Shown: positions 1-9,913 of the stretch, in pieces
Numbering within the stretch: position 1 is the stretch's first letter
How the letters are laid out: every line of letters begins with the position of its first letter
Origin: a bacterium UBP14_UBA6098
GTDB lineage: Bacteria > UBP14 > UBA6098
Length of the DNA stretch: 64,000 nt
Direction: 5' to 3'
NCBI GenBank assembly: GCA_002428525.1
Contig: DIWU01000020.1
Coordinates: forward strand, 4,907 to 68,906
Made by a program: the position numbers and the translations under genes
The notes under the pieces: model-generated
What the model saw: only the letters and a program-made list of their open reading frames with translations
Database searches by the model: none
Told to the model about the DNA's origin: nothing

Positions 1-636
1 GGGATGCCGATTTTCAACAGTATCTATATCGTCAAAACCACCGCCGACGGCGACACGGTTTTCACCCGCAATTTCGGCGGTATGAAAGACTTTTCCGCCT
101 ATAGCGCGACGCAGATCGAGGGCGGTTACGTCACCGCCGGAGCCATCGTGAATAGCGGAAACCGCGATGTCTATCTCCTGTATCTCGACGAATTCGGCGA
201 CACTGTCAAATCTCACACCTATGCCACCGCGGGAACCGACCAAGGATACAGCATTCTCTCGCTTGCGGATTCCTCGCTCGCACTCGCCGGAAGAACCTAC
301 TCCGAGGGCTCGAACGATTTCTGGCTCATGAAGATCGGCGGTCCCGTTTCACCGGTATTGGAGACTGTAAGCCCTCTGCCGAATAAAATCGATGTCGCTG
401 TTCATCCTAATCCTTTCAATTCTTCGGTTAGAATATCCTTCGATAAAATACCCTCCGAAGCGCAAATTTACGACATCTCCGGAAGAATTGTCGCAAGGTG
501 GTCCGAGGGCGAACTCGACAATTTCGGCGAAATACTATGGGAGCCGGCAAGTTCGCTTGTATCCGGTGTCTATTTCATTCAAGTTAAAACAAAATCCGGA
601 AATTCAGCCGCGGCCAAGATTATCTATTTGAAATAA
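1..636 (+). CDS. C-terminal part of a secreted repeat protein ending in a T9SS-type (Por/FlgD-Ig-like) C-terminal sorting domain; 5' end is off-window
   Basis: The frame is open from nt 1. The tail HPNPFNSSVRISF..AQIYDISGRIVARW..SGVYFIQVKT..AKIIYLK follows the same pattern as the ends of the 10825-12042 and 27745-30117 products. Confidence 0.7.
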   Translation, partial: GMPIFNSIYIVKTTADGDTVFTRNFGGMKDFSAYSATQIEGGYVTAGAIVNSGNRDVYLLYLDEFGDTVKSHTYATAGTDQGYSILSLADSSLALAGRTYSEGSNDFWLMKIGGPVSPVLETVSPLPNKIDVAVHPNPFNSSVRISFDKIPSEAQIYDISGRIVARWSEGELDNFGEILWEPASSLVSGVYFIQVKTKSGNSAAAKIIYLK

Positions 637-660
637 ATAACCCGCCAACGCGGGCGTCGG

Positions 661-706
661 GATTTTCGCCATCTCGGAGAGCGAGCTTTCCGAGATGGCG
701 AAAATC
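661..706. terminator. Long perfect hairpin between convergent genes (possible bidirectional terminator)
   Basis: gattttcgccatctcgga (661-678) pairs perfectly with tccgagatggcgaaaatc (689-706) across a 10-nt loop. It lies between the + gene ending at 636 and hslU ending at 801. There is no clean U-tract. Confidence 0.45.
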
Positions 707-800
707 AACGACCGGCCGGGCGGGGATTGTCATGTAGCGCGATTCACTTCCGGCCGGTCGTTCCGCGCATGCGCGGCCGACGCCCGCGGGGGAGTTTGAG

Positions 801-2156
801 CTACAGGATATATTTCGCGAGATCGTCGTCTTCGGCGATATCTTTAAGTGCGGTTCGCACGGATGCGAGAGTGATCTTGACCTTAGGGCCTTGGTATTCT
901 CGGCCGAGGAACATAATCTCTTCGAGCAGGGTTGTCATTACAGTATGAAGCCTTCGAGCGCCGATATTCTCGGTTCGCGAGTTGACATCGTCCGCGATTC
1001 GGGCGATCTCTTTGATCGCACCGTCGGTGAAATCAAGCTCGACTCCGTCGGAGCGCATAAGGGCTTGGTATTGTTTGATCAGGGAGTTTTCGGGCTCGAC
1101 GAGAATTCGGGTGAAATCCTCGCCGGTGAGGGAATCGAGTTCGACGCGGATTGGAAGCCTGCCCTGCATCTCCGGTATAAGGTCGCTCGGGCTCGATTCG
1201 TGGAAGGCCCCCGCGGCGATGAAGAGAATATGGTCGGTTCGCACCATTCCGTATTTGGTTTGGACATTACAGCCCTCGATGATCGGCAGAAGATCGCGTT
1301 GCACTCCCTCGCGGGAGACATCGGGGCCGGAGCCCGAGCTTCTGATAGCGATTTTGTCTATCTCATCGATAAATACGATGCCCATTTCCTCGACATGAGA
1401 GATCGCGGTATCGACGACCTTGTCGTGATCGACGAGATTGTCTATCTCTTTATCGAGCAATAAATTACGGGCTTCCTCGACAGTCACTTTTTTAACCTTG
1501 GTCTTTTTGGGCATCATTCCGTCGAACATCTCGGAAAAATTAACTCCCATCTCTTCGAGACCCATCGGTGAGAAGATTTCGATTGTCGGAATCGATGTTT
1601 CAGGCACCTCTATCTCGACGATCCTTTCATCGAGGAGGCCGTTTTTAAGCTGTTTTTCGAGTTTCTCGCGAATTCGTTGAGTTCGTTCGAGTTCATCTTC
1701 GGTGGAGGAGGAGTTTCGCTTGGGGCGTTTCGGGGTGATTATGTCAAGTAATTTTGCCTCGACGATTTCCCTTGCGCGGTCGATGACCTCGTCCTCGAAA
1801 CGCACGCGAATCTGCGATATTGCGATATCGACCAGCTCGCGAATCATCGATTCGACATCGCGGCCGACATAACCGACCTCGGTGAACTTGCTCGCCTCGA
1901 CCTTGATGAAGGGCGCGTTCGCTAAAGCGGCGAGCCTTCGCGAGATCTCGGTCTTTCCGACACCGGTTGGGCCGATCATAAGGATATTCGCCGGCATTAT
2001 CTCGTCGCGGAGCGGCCCCTCGACCATCTGTCTGCGCCAGCGGTTGCGGAGAGCGATAGCTACGCTTTTCTTTGCGGCCTTTTGGCCGATGATATACCTA
2101 TCCAATTCAGCGACAATCTCTTTTGGCTCGAGAAGGCCTTTGTAATAATTATTCAT
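801..2156 (-). CDS. hslU: ATP-dependent protease ATPase subunit HslU
   Basis: 451 aa. The N-terminus [33 protein letters not shown] and the Walker [16 protein letters not shown] are typical of HslU/ClpY. It sits directly downstream of hslV. Confidence 0.95.
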   Translation of the reverse strand: MNNYYKGLLEPKEIVAELDRYIIGQKAAKKSVAIALRNRWRRQMVEGPLRDEIMPANILMIGPTGVGKTEISRRLAALANAPFIKVEASKFTEVGYVGRDVESMIRELVDIAISQIRVRFEDEVIDRAREIVEAKLLDIITPKRPKRNSSSTEDELERTQRIREKLEKQLKNGLLDERIVEIEVPETSIPTIEIFSPMGLEEMGVNFSEMFDGMMPKKTKVKKVTVEEARNLLLDKEIDNLVDHDKVVDTAISHVEEMGIVFIDEIDKIAIRSSGSGPDVSREGVQRDLLPIIEGCNVQTKYGMVRTDHILFIAAGAFHESSPSDLIPEMQGRLPIRVELDSLTGEDFTRILVEPENSLIKQYQALMRSDGVELDFTDGAIKEIARIADDVNSRTENIGARRLHTVMTTLLEEIMFLGREYQGPKVKITLASVRTALKDIAEDDDLAKYIL

Positions 2157-2171
2157 AAATATTATTCAGCA

Positions 2172-2720
2172 TTATATTGTTAATACAGTAATTTTATCAT
2201 TAGTGAATATACAGATATTCGAGGCTATCTCGAGACTGCGCTTCACAACATCGGCGGGATTCTTCGGCGGAGTCGGGCCGGAAAGTATAGCGCGCGCGGC
2301 GGCGAGCGCAAACCCTCCACCCGAGCCGATAGCGCAAATCCCGTCATCCGGCTCGATAACATCGCCGTTGCCCGAAAGGACATAGTTGCCGGATTTCGAG
2401 ACGACGACGAGCATAGCCTCGAGGCGGCGCAGATATCGGTCCATCCGCCAATCCTTGGCAAGCTCGACCACCGAGCGCGGCACATTGCCGGAATACTCGG
2501 ACAGCTTTTCCTCGAAGCGGTCGAGAAGCGTAAGCCCGTCGGCGGCCGCACCGGCGAACCCGACGAGGACATCGTAATTGTCGAACTTTCGAACCTTTTT
2601 TGCGCCGGATTTAAATATCTCGTCACCGAGCGTCACTTGGCCGTCCCCGCCGATTGCGGCCCTGTCGCCGATACACAATCCCAAGATTGTTGTTCCATGA
2701 AAAGACTTGTAATTTTTCAC
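2172..2720 (-). CDS. hslV: ATP-dependent protease peptidase subunit HslV
   Basis: 182 aa with FHG-TTILGL (Thr1 nucleophile after a short propeptide), GGDGQ, KKVRKF (Lys33 region) and GSGG. It lies 15 nt upstream of hslU. Confidence 0.95.
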   Translation of the reverse strand: MKNYKSFHGTTILGLCIGDRAAIGGDGQVTLGDEIFKSGAKKVRKFDNYDVLVGFAGAAADGLTLLDRFEEKLSEYSGNVPRSVVELAKDWRMDRYLRRLEAMLVVVSKSGNYVLSGNGDVIEPDDGICAIGSGGGFALAAARAILSGPTPPKNPADVVKRSLEIASNICIFTNDKITVLTI

Positions 2721-2727
2721 AGTGATC

Positions 2728-3273
2728 CTATTTTTCGAGTTGCAATATCTTTGCCCCGGAATTTACAAGCACACACACGCCCGAGGCGACCTCAAAGGCC
2801 TTCTTGACCATATCCTGCGCGCTTTCTTGGACAACGGGCTGTGCGAGGATCGCGCGTATCGCCGCCAAAGCATATTGCTCGCCCGGGCCGACAGCGACCA
2901 TATCCGCCTTTGGCGATTGGGCGGTCCCCGGCGCGATAACAATGGATCGCTCTCCATCGAGAACAACCACAAATGCGTCAACCGCCTTTGCGCTTTCGAT
3001 TTTCCAAAACGCGGCGGTCTCTTCCGCGGCGGAGGTTATCGAATCTCCGCGCTCGATCGCCGATTTCAGATGCTCAAACCCGTCGATACAGCGCTTTGGG
3101 CCGGTATATCCGATAAGACAGCCATGAAAATTCTCAACAACGCCTATCTCGTCCTCGGCGGATTTTTTTTCGTCGAAGTCCGTGCCGAGCGCGGCGCATC
3201 CATCCTTGCAGATGCCTATGAGTGTAGTGCCGGCTTTTTTCCCCTCTTTATTTTTCGACCAAAGCATAAACAC
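2728..3273 (-). CDS. Divergent HslV / proteasome-beta-like Ntn-hydrolase paralog
   Basis: 181 aa. KKAG-TTLIGICKDG..LGTD.. and ..AVGPGEQYALAAIRAIL align by eye with the neighbouring HslV. It is co-oriented and lies 7 nt upstream of hslV. Confidence 0.7.
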   Translation of the reverse strand: MFMLWSKNKEGKKAGTTLIGICKDGCAALGTDFDEKKSAEDEIGVVENFHGCLIGYTGPKRCIDGFEHLKSAIERGDSITSAAEETAAFWKIESAKAVDAFVVVLDGERSIVIAPGTAQSPKADMVAVGPGEQYALAAIRAILAQPVVQESAQDMVKKAFEVASGVCVLVNSGAKILQLEK

Positions 3274-3363
3274 CTCCTATAGAAGCTTTATAATCGTATT
3301 TTACAAGCAGATTTCAAGCCTAATTTTTCGTAAGATATTTATTATTGACTTATAGTAGATAAA

Positions 3364-5430
3364 ATGTATAATAAATACATGTGGGAATTGTATTGTTACG
3401 ATAGCGATATTTTATCCTCGGGAATCGAGAATCTGCCTTCATTAGGGCCGAAAAGGACTGCTGTTTTTCAAGATCATGGAATATCGACTATACTCGATAT
3501 GATTCAATGCACGCCGAATCGCTATCTGCATCGAAAATCCGCGATTCCGATCGACGAAATTATCGAGGGGGAGGTGGCGACTATCTCGGCGACAATTTGT
3601 TCGGTCAAGCGATCGCCAAGAATCTTCTCTATCGAGCTCGAGGACGATTCCGGAAGGGCTCGCGCGGTTTTCTTCAACGCCCCGCCGTATTTCTCGAGAA
3701 CCCTCGTCAAGGGTCGAAGCGTCTTGCTCTGGGGGCTTCCCAAAAATGAGCGTGGGTTATCGGTTTTCACCCATCCGAATATCGAGCCGGAGGGCGAAGA
3801 CCGCGAGCTTCTAATACCAATATATCCGAACGCAGATGCTTTCAGCTCAGTGAAGATAGGCTATCGGGTTCGCGCCAAGATTGCCAACGCCGCATCCGAG
3901 CGCATCGCAGACCTCGCGGACCCCGTCCCGTCGGAGATCATTCTCAAGACCGGTCTGCCGAGCCTCAGCCATGCGATAACCCAAATCCATGCGCCCTCGA
4001 GCTGGGACGAACTCGAGTCCGCGCGGCAAAGGCTCGCTTTCGACGAGCTTCTCGTCACCCAAATCCTCTTCGCGCTCAGGCGCCGCGAGGCCGAGGCCGA
4101 TAAATCCGCTGTCCCCCTAAGGCCGGGCGCGCTGTTCTCCGCTGTTAAGCATGCCCTGCCCTACAAACTGACTGACGGCCAGAATCACGCTCTGGCCGGA
4201 CTTCTGCAACGCGCGACCGCCGGCGGAAGATCGATGCAACTGCTCTCCGGCGATGTCGGATCGGGGAAGACGGCCATAGCTATGCTCGTCGCCGCGGCGG
4301 CCGTCGATTCCGGCCTTCAGGTTGCCCTCATGGTTCCCAGCACCTTGCTCGCGAGGCAACATGCCGAGCTTCTCGATGTAAGAATCGGGCGCTTCGGTGT
4401 CGGAATCGGCCTTCTAACCGGCTCCTCGCGCTCGGAATCGCTGGAAAAGGCTATTTCCGAGGGGAAGGTCGATATCGTCGTCGGAACGCAGGCCCTTCTT
4501 TCAAAACGGCACCGCTTTAAAAACCTCGGGCTTGTTATAATCGACGAACAACACCGCTTCGGAGTCAATCAGCGCCTCGCATTGACTAAAAAGTCCGGCG
4601 CTCATGTCCTCCTCATGAGCGCGACGCCGATTCCGCGCACATCCGCGCTCGCCCTTTACGGCGACCTCGATCTCGAGGTTCTCCACGGCTTTCCCTCGGA
4701 AAGGGCGGGCTTTAGAACCTTCATAAGAGAGGAAGATGCGCGGCCGGCGATCTGGAACTTCATCGAACGGAAGATCGAATCGGGCGAGCGGGTTTTCATC
4801 GTCCATCCGCGAATCGAGGGCGGGGATTTCACCTCGATAAAAAAGGGCTTCGATGCCGTATCCGCAAGGTTTCCCGGCTTGGTCTCTATTGTTCACGGCT
4901 CGCTTTCCGACGAGAAAAAAGAAAGCGCTTTCGCGAGCTTCCGAACCGGCGAAACCCCGATTCTCGCCTCTACAAGCGTCATCGAGGTCGGGGTGGATAT
5001 CCCCGAGGCAACGGTCATGGTCGTCGAGAATCCCGAATCCTTCGGACTCGCCCAGCTTCACCAGCTCCGAGGAAGGATCGGCAGAGGAGGGCGCGAGGGC
5101 TTTTGCATCTTGATCGCGCGCTCAGCCAAGGATTCCCCCGCAAGAAAGAGGATAGAGCTTTTCGCTTCGACCTCGGACGGCTTCGAGATCTCCGAGATCG
5201 ACCTCGAGTTCAGGGGAGAGGGGCAGGTTTTCGATTTCGCTCAATCCGGGAAAAACCTATATATATTCTCCGATCCCCTCAAGATGCCGGATTTGCTTGA
5301 TTTGGCACGAAAATACTCGCTCGAAATCGTCGCCGACGATCCCGAATTGACAAAGAAAAAAAATTTCTATCTACGAAATGGCATCAAATACTTGTGTTCG
5401 ACGAAAAATATTGTTAAATTGGCTGTGTAA
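3364..5430 (+). CDS. recG: ATP-dependent DNA helicase RecG
   Basis: 688 aa with an N-terminal wedge/OB region, Walker A GDVGSGKT, DEQHRFG and QLHQLRGRIGRG motifs. Confidence 0.9.
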   Translation: MYNKYMWELYCYDSDILSSGIENLPSLGPKRTAVFQDHGISTILDMIQCTPNRYLHRKSAIPIDEIIEGEVATISATICSVKRSPRIFSIELEDDSGRARAVFFNAPPYFSRTLVKGRSVLLWGLPKNERGLSVFTHPNIEPEGEDRELLIPIYPNADAFSSVKIGYRVRAKIANAASERIADLADPVPSEIILKTGLPSLSHAITQIHAPSSWDELESARQRLAFDELLVTQILFALRRREAEADKSAVPLRPGALFSAVKHALPYKLTDGQNHALAGLLQRATAGGRSMQLLSGDVGSGKTAIAMLVAAAAVDSGLQVALMVPSTLLARQHAELLDVRIGRFGVGIGLLTGSSRSESLEKAISEGKVDIVVGTQALLSKRHRFKNLGLVIIDEQHRFGVNQRLALTKKSGAHVLLMSATPIPRTSALALYGDLDLEVLHGFPSERAGFRTFIREEDARPAIWNFIERKIESGERVFIVHPRIEGGDFTSIKKGFDAVSARFPGLVSIVHGSLSDEKKESAFASFRTGETPILASTSVIEVGVDIPEATVMVVENPESFGLAQLHQLRGRIGRGGREGFCILIARSAKDSPARKRIELFASTSDGFEISEIDLEFRGEGQVFDFAQSGKNLYIFSDPLKMPDLLDLARKYSLEIVADDPELTKKKNFYLRNGIKYLCSTKNIVKLAV

Positions 5431-5432
5431 TT

Positions 5433-8400
5433 ATGGATACCGAAGAGACAATCTCAGCGCAAGGCTCAACGCAACAAACCTCGGCCGAGGTTTTTCAAAG
5501 GCTCGCCTTCACAGACGAGCTGACAGGCCTTCGCAACAACCGTTTTTTCAAATATAGAGCGCCGGCCTATATTAACGCCGCCCGTAAGTCCCGGGCAAGC
5601 CTTTGCCTCGCGATGATGGACATGGACGGTTTTAAAAAGGTCAACGACACCTATGGCCACAAGGCCGGCGACACGCTCCTCGCCAATTTCGGTAAGATGA
5701 TCTCCGATTACGTCTCAAAGCGCGGAATCCCGATTCGATACGCCGGAGACGAGTTCGCGGCGATTCTCTACAACATCAATAAGCCGAACGCCAAGCGCTT
5801 TTTCGACGGCTTCCTTCGCAAGATCAACGAGGCCAAGATCGATATCGGCAACAATGTCTCTCTACCTATAAGAATCAGTATCGGCCTCGCAAGCTATCCC
5901 AACGACGCGGACGATTACGAAAGCCTCTTCAAGCGCGCCGACGAAGCGCTCTATGCCGCTAAGGAATCCGGCAAGAACCGCGTTATAACCTACCCCGACG
6001 AGGGCAAGCTCGTCGCGCCGGGGAATATCTCGACGCTATTTCCCGTCGATCAGATGGTCGGTTTCGAGGAGACCTTCTCTGAGCTTAAGCTCCATACGAT
6101 AGATCGAATTGTCGGCGAAAAGGCGACGCAGGAGATCGCCCTTGTATGCGGCGGCAGGGGCACCGGCAAAACGAGACTGCTTCAGGAACTCCGAAAATCC
6201 GCGGAAAATAGGGGGATGGTGACAATTTTCGCGACCGGTATGCCCTCCCAGAAAACACCGTATATCCCGCTTTTAAAGGCCATCGCGGAACCGTTAAACC
6301 ACGATCAGGATCTACTACGCGAGATTGCTACATCTCTCACGGCAGTCGAGCGCAAAGAGATTGCTATGCATATCCCGAACCTCGAGTCTCTTACCGCGCC
6401 GACAATCGCCGGCGAGCCCGAGGACAGAAACACCCTCATCTTCAAAGCACTCAACAAGATTCTCTTCGGCCTTCAGCGCAAAGGCAGGATTCTCATAGTT
6501 CTCGACGACGCCCACCTCCTCGACCAATCGAGCTTGCAGTTTGTGGACTCATTCATAACTGAGTTCGCGAACAGCCGAATCGACCTCGCTTTCGGTCTAA
6601 TCACGCAGGCCGAGGGCGGTGCCGAGAGCAACCTCTCGAACCTCGTTCGCTCGATTCCGAAGATCACTCAGTCGGCGGAGGTTTTCCGTTGCGAGCTTAA
6701 ACCCTTGGGAGATTTAGCGATAGCCGGAATTATATACCAAATCACCGGCCATATCAAAATCCCACAAAACTCCCTCAAGGCCCTCACCGCCCGAACCGGT
6801 GGAAACCCCCTATTCATCGAAGAACTCCTCAAGCTCGCCATCGAGCGCGGAATGATCCAATACGACGGCACAAACTGGCGTGTCGATAATTTCATCGAGG
6901 AAGATTTCCCGAAGTCCATCGAGGATATCGCTAAAGAGCGCGCCGAATCTATGCCCTCTATCGACAAAGAGGTTCTATCGAAGGCCGCCGTCATCGGGGA
7001 CAGCTTTAATGTCAAGGTTCTCTCCGAGATTGTCAATAAAGAGGAGCAGGAGGTTCAGGATACCCTCGAGGCCGCGCGCCGGGCGCATATCATTCAGGAA
7101 GACCTCTCCGGCGAGGCCGATTACGCCTTCCACTCCGGCGCGAGTAGGCAGGCCTTTTATAATCTCATCAACAATGAGGAGCGTAAAGAGTTACACTACA
7201 AAGTCGCCGAGGTTGAGAAGACCCTCAACGAGGGGCGCCTCGACGAGATTATGGACAAGCTGGCCTACCATTTCCAAGAGGCGGAGCGCTGGGACAAAGC
7301 CGTCGAGATTCTTTCCGCCTCCGGCGATCGCCAGTCGCAGGCGCAGATTCCTGAGGCCGTCCGCAGGATGCTTCACCGCCGGCTCTATGTTGACGATATG
7401 GTCAGCAAGAAGCAACTCACGCCGGAGGACTTACAGAATGGTTTCAATGCATTAAAAGACCTCAGAATCGCGATTCAATCATATAGATTCTATCCTCCTC
7501 AGAACGAGAATGTTCAAAAATCGATTCAAAAGACCTTCAAGGGGATATCGGATATACTCGCAAATGTTCCCTTGATGAGCCTCTCGCTGACACCCGACGC
7601 GATTCTCATTAACGCACAGGAGCCGCAAACCGACAACAAGGACCATCATTTAATCACTGAATATCATAAGTTATTATCAAGATATAATTTAAATGGTGTT
7701 ATTTTCCTTGAAGGTTTAACTATTCAAGAGTTAACTGCATTCATATCGATATTTAAGATGCCTCGCGAGGATGTCGTCGAACGCTGGAGCGAGGTCATCG
7801 AGGAAAAACAGCTTAAGAATATAAAGCCCGACCAGACCGTTTATGTCGCCGTCGGGGCGCATAGCTCCCAGCTCGAGGGCAATAAATCCGTGCGCCTCGG
7901 CTCCGCACCGAGCGATGAGGAGCAAGCTGAGATAGCCAAAGAGATTGTCGATAAGGTCGATACCCTCATCGACCAGTTCAAAGGCCAAAGCGCTGAACTA
8001 CTTAAAGCGCTTCAGTCCGGTTCATCTCAAAATGAAACTACGAAGAAGCTCTTGGATGTTCTTCGAGAGCTCGGAGGTTATATACCCCAAGGCTCGCGAC
8101 CTCAGGTCAATCTCACCGCTCAGGTGTCCGGCGGCCCACAGCAAGTTGTTTCGATTCAGCCCGCAGAGTCTGAAGAACGAAAGCAAGATGCACTCCAACA
8201 ACCCCGGAAACCCGGCCGGCACTACGGCACCGCCTACGAGATGCGAAACTGGATAAGCAATCTCGAGGCCGACGATAAGGTCGAACGCGCGAAAGCGGTT
8301 CAAAACCTGATCAAACAGGGCGATATGTCCATCGATGCCTGTATCAACGGCATTATGGACGAGGGCGAGCTGAAGACCCGCCAGCTTATGGCGGTGATAC

Positions 8401-9047
8401 TCAACAAGATAGGCGAGAAGGGCATCAAGATGTTCTCGCGGACGATCGCGAAAGACCTATCGCCGAGGGACTTGATAAACCTAATATCGGTGGCCGAATT
8501 CTTCCGCGACGACATCGGCGTCCAAAACAGGCTCGCCGAGCTTGTATTCAGCCCCTTCGAGGATATCCGCAGGGAGGCCCTCGAAAAGCTCCGCGAGTTT
8601 CCGATGAAGTTCCGAATTGCCCTTATCGAAAGGGCCATCGAGTCCAACGACCCAAAGATCGTTTTCGAGGGGTTGTCGCGCGTCGGCGAGATGGGAATGC
8701 GAGACCGAATACCGCTTCTCTTGGGCTATATCGACAAAAAAACCATCGCATCGAGCCTCCCCGATTTCTCCTGCGCGCAGGCCGCGATGAAATCCCTCGC
8801 GGATTTCAAGGCTGTGCAAGCCGTTGATCTCCTGATTAAACTCACCGAGCCCCCCGGATTATTTAAGAAGGCTATGCCCGATCCAGTCCGTATCTTGGCT
8901 GTAAATGCCCTGGCGCAAATCGGCGGAAACAGGGCGAATAAAACACTACGAAAACTCGCGCACCGCAAGAACGACCCCGCCGGTATAACCGCCGCCGAGG
9001 CCCTCGAAAGGATTTCCGGATTGGGCGAAGAGATGGAGGAGAGTTGA
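5433..9047 (+). CDS. Multidomain signalling protein: N-terminal GGDEF domain (AGDEF variant), STAND/AAA_16-type NTPase, helical repeats and C-terminal HEAT-like repeats
   Basis: 1204 aa. GGDEF-domain hallmarks are DELTGLRNNRFF, MMDMDGFKKVNDTYGHKAGD and RYAGDEFAAIL. Walker A-like CGGRGTGKT and Walker B-like ILIVLDDAHLLD follow. The C-terminus has HEAT/PBS-lyase-like repeats (ERAKAVQNLIKQGD.., DPVRILAVNALAQIGG..). Confidence 0.8.
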   Translation: MDTEETISAQGSTQQTSAEVFQRLAFTDELTGLRNNRFFKYRAPAYINAARKSRASLCLAMMDMDGFKKVNDTYGHKAGDTLLANFGKMISDYVSKRGIPIRYAGDEFAAILYNINKPNAKRFFDGFLRKINEAKIDIGNNVSLPIRISIGLASYPNDADDYESLFKRADEALYAAKESGKNRVITYPDEGKLVAPGNISTLFPVDQMVGFEETFSELKLHTIDRIVGEKATQEIALVCGGRGTGKTRLLQELRKSAENRGMVTIFATGMPSQKTPYIPLLKAIAEPLNHDQDLLREIATSLTAVERKEIAMHIPNLESLTAPTIAGEPEDRNTLIFKALNKILFGLQRKGRILIVLDDAHLLDQSSLQFVDSFITEFANSRIDLAFGLITQAEGGAESNLSNLVRSIPKITQSAEVFRCELKPLGDLAIAGIIYQITGHIKIPQNSLKALTARTGGNPLFIEELLKLAIERGMIQYDGTNWRVDNFIEEDFPKSIEDIAKERAESMPSIDKEVLSKAAVIGDSFNVKVLSEIVNKEEQEVQDTLEAARRAHIIQEDLSGEADYAFHSGASRQAFYNLINNEERKELHYKVAEVEKTLNEGRLDEIMDKLAYHFQEAERWDKAVEILSASGDRQSQAQIPEAVRRMLHRRLYVDDMVSKKQLTPEDLQNGFNALKDLRIAIQSYRFYPPQNENVQKSIQKTFKGISDILANVPLMSLSLTPDAILINAQEPQTDNKDHHLITEYHKLLSRYNLNGVIFLEGLTIQELTAFISIFKMPREDVVERWSEVIEEKQLKNIKPDQTVYVAVGAHSSQLEGNKSVRLGSAPSDEEQAEIAKEIVDKVDTLIDQFKGQSAELLKALQSGSSQNETTKKLLDVLRELGGYIPQGSRPQVNLTAQVSGGPQQVVSIQPAESEERKQDALQQPRKPGRHYGTAYEMRNWISNLEADDKVERAKAVQNLIKQGDMSIDACINGIMDEGELKTRQLMAVILNKIGEKGIKMFSRTIAKDLSPRDLINLISVAEFFRDDIGVQNRLAELVFSPFEDIRREALEKLREFPMKFRIALIERAIESNDPKIVFEGLSRVGEMGMRDRIPLLLGYIDKKTIASSLPDFSCAQAAMKSLADFKAVQAVDLLIKLTEPPGLFKKAMPDPVRILAVNALAQIGGNRANKTLRKLAHRKNDPAGITAAEALERISGLGEEMEES

Positions 9048-9058
9048 GCCTAACAGAC

Positions 9059-9619
9059 ATGAAATTCAAGGTTCTGCCGACCGAGAGGCCGTTCACCGGC
9101 CCCGAGATGGCGCAACATTGGGCATACAAAAACTTCGGCCTTTGCGGCGACTCGATAGTTGCATTCCGCGGACGCTTCGAGGTCCCGCCGGAATCGTGGA
9201 CAGACTTGGATGCTGTAGTTCACGGAAAGGACTTCTTCTTCGCCGATATGCTGAATTTCATCGTGGAGCATTTCGACAGCGGAATCCGCGAGGCGGTGAT
9301 GCGCCAGTATATCCTCGTTTCGATTCTCGAGGAGAAGATGCTTCATCGCATGGAATGCGCCGAATGCCGTTTAGTCCGCTTGGGCGACGATCTTTTCGAC
9401 GCCGACAACAGGCTCAGCATAACCGCCTGCTCGATTACCCCGGTCTCGACTAAGCTATACCTCGGGGTTTATCTCGATCCCTCGCCCAAAAACGGCATTC
9501 AGGGCCTCAAGTTCTACAATCTCAAAGCGCTCGATTTGGCCGAGTTAGTTATAAACCAATATCGCGCGGAGATGCGCCGCCTCGAGGAGAAGTCGTGGCG
9601 CACTAAACCGATTTTCTAA
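9059..9619 (+). CDS. Conserved hypothetical protein (family not identified with confidence)
   Basis: An ORF with coding-like composition, in operon arrangement after the GGDEF gene. I chose the ATG at 9059; a TTG at 9044 is also in frame. Confidence 0.55.
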   Translation: MKFKVLPTERPFTGPEMAQHWAYKNFGLCGDSIVAFRGRFEVPPESWTDLDAVVHGKDFFFADMLNFIVEHFDSGIREAVMRQYILVSILEEKMLHRMECAECRLVRLGDDLFDADNRLSITACSITPVSTKLYLGVYLDPSPKNGIQGLKFYNLKALDLAELVINQYRAEMRRLEEKSWRTKPIF

Positions 9620-9909
9620 TGGAGGCTCGAATGTCCGACGAGAGGATCAAAGCGACCGAGACCGGAATGCTATTCTATGACCTTTTGATTCTACTCCGCG
9701 AGATGGTTCGCCACCAACTCGGATACAATGCCAATCCCGCTACCGGCGAGGCGCAAAAGGATATCAAAACCGCGCGGCATCTCATCGATATGATCTCCGT
9801 GCTTCAGGAAAAAACCGCGGGCAACCTTACCGAGCAAGAGGCGGTCGTTTTGGAAAACCTTCTCAGCGAGCTTAGAATGGCCTGTGTTCGGGCCGAAAAA
9901 ACGGAATAA
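9619..9909 (+). CDS. DUF1844-like small protein
   Basis: 96 aa. FYDLLILL..LGYNANPATGEAQKDIKTARHLIDMISVLQEKTAGNLTEQEAVVLENLLSELRMACV matches my recollection of the DUF1844 pattern. Its start overlaps the upstream stop (TAATG). Confidence 0.65.
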   Translation: MEARMSDERIKATETGMLFYDLLILLREMVRHQLGYNANPATGEAQKDIKTARHLIDMISVLQEKTAGNLTEQEAVVLENLLSELRMACVRAEKTE

Positions 9910-9913
9910 GCGG

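Noticed and set aside
9059-9619. Tentative assignment of the 186-aa product to DUF366
   Set aside because: I cannot recall the family sequence well enough to support the call, so it is left as a conserved hypothetical.
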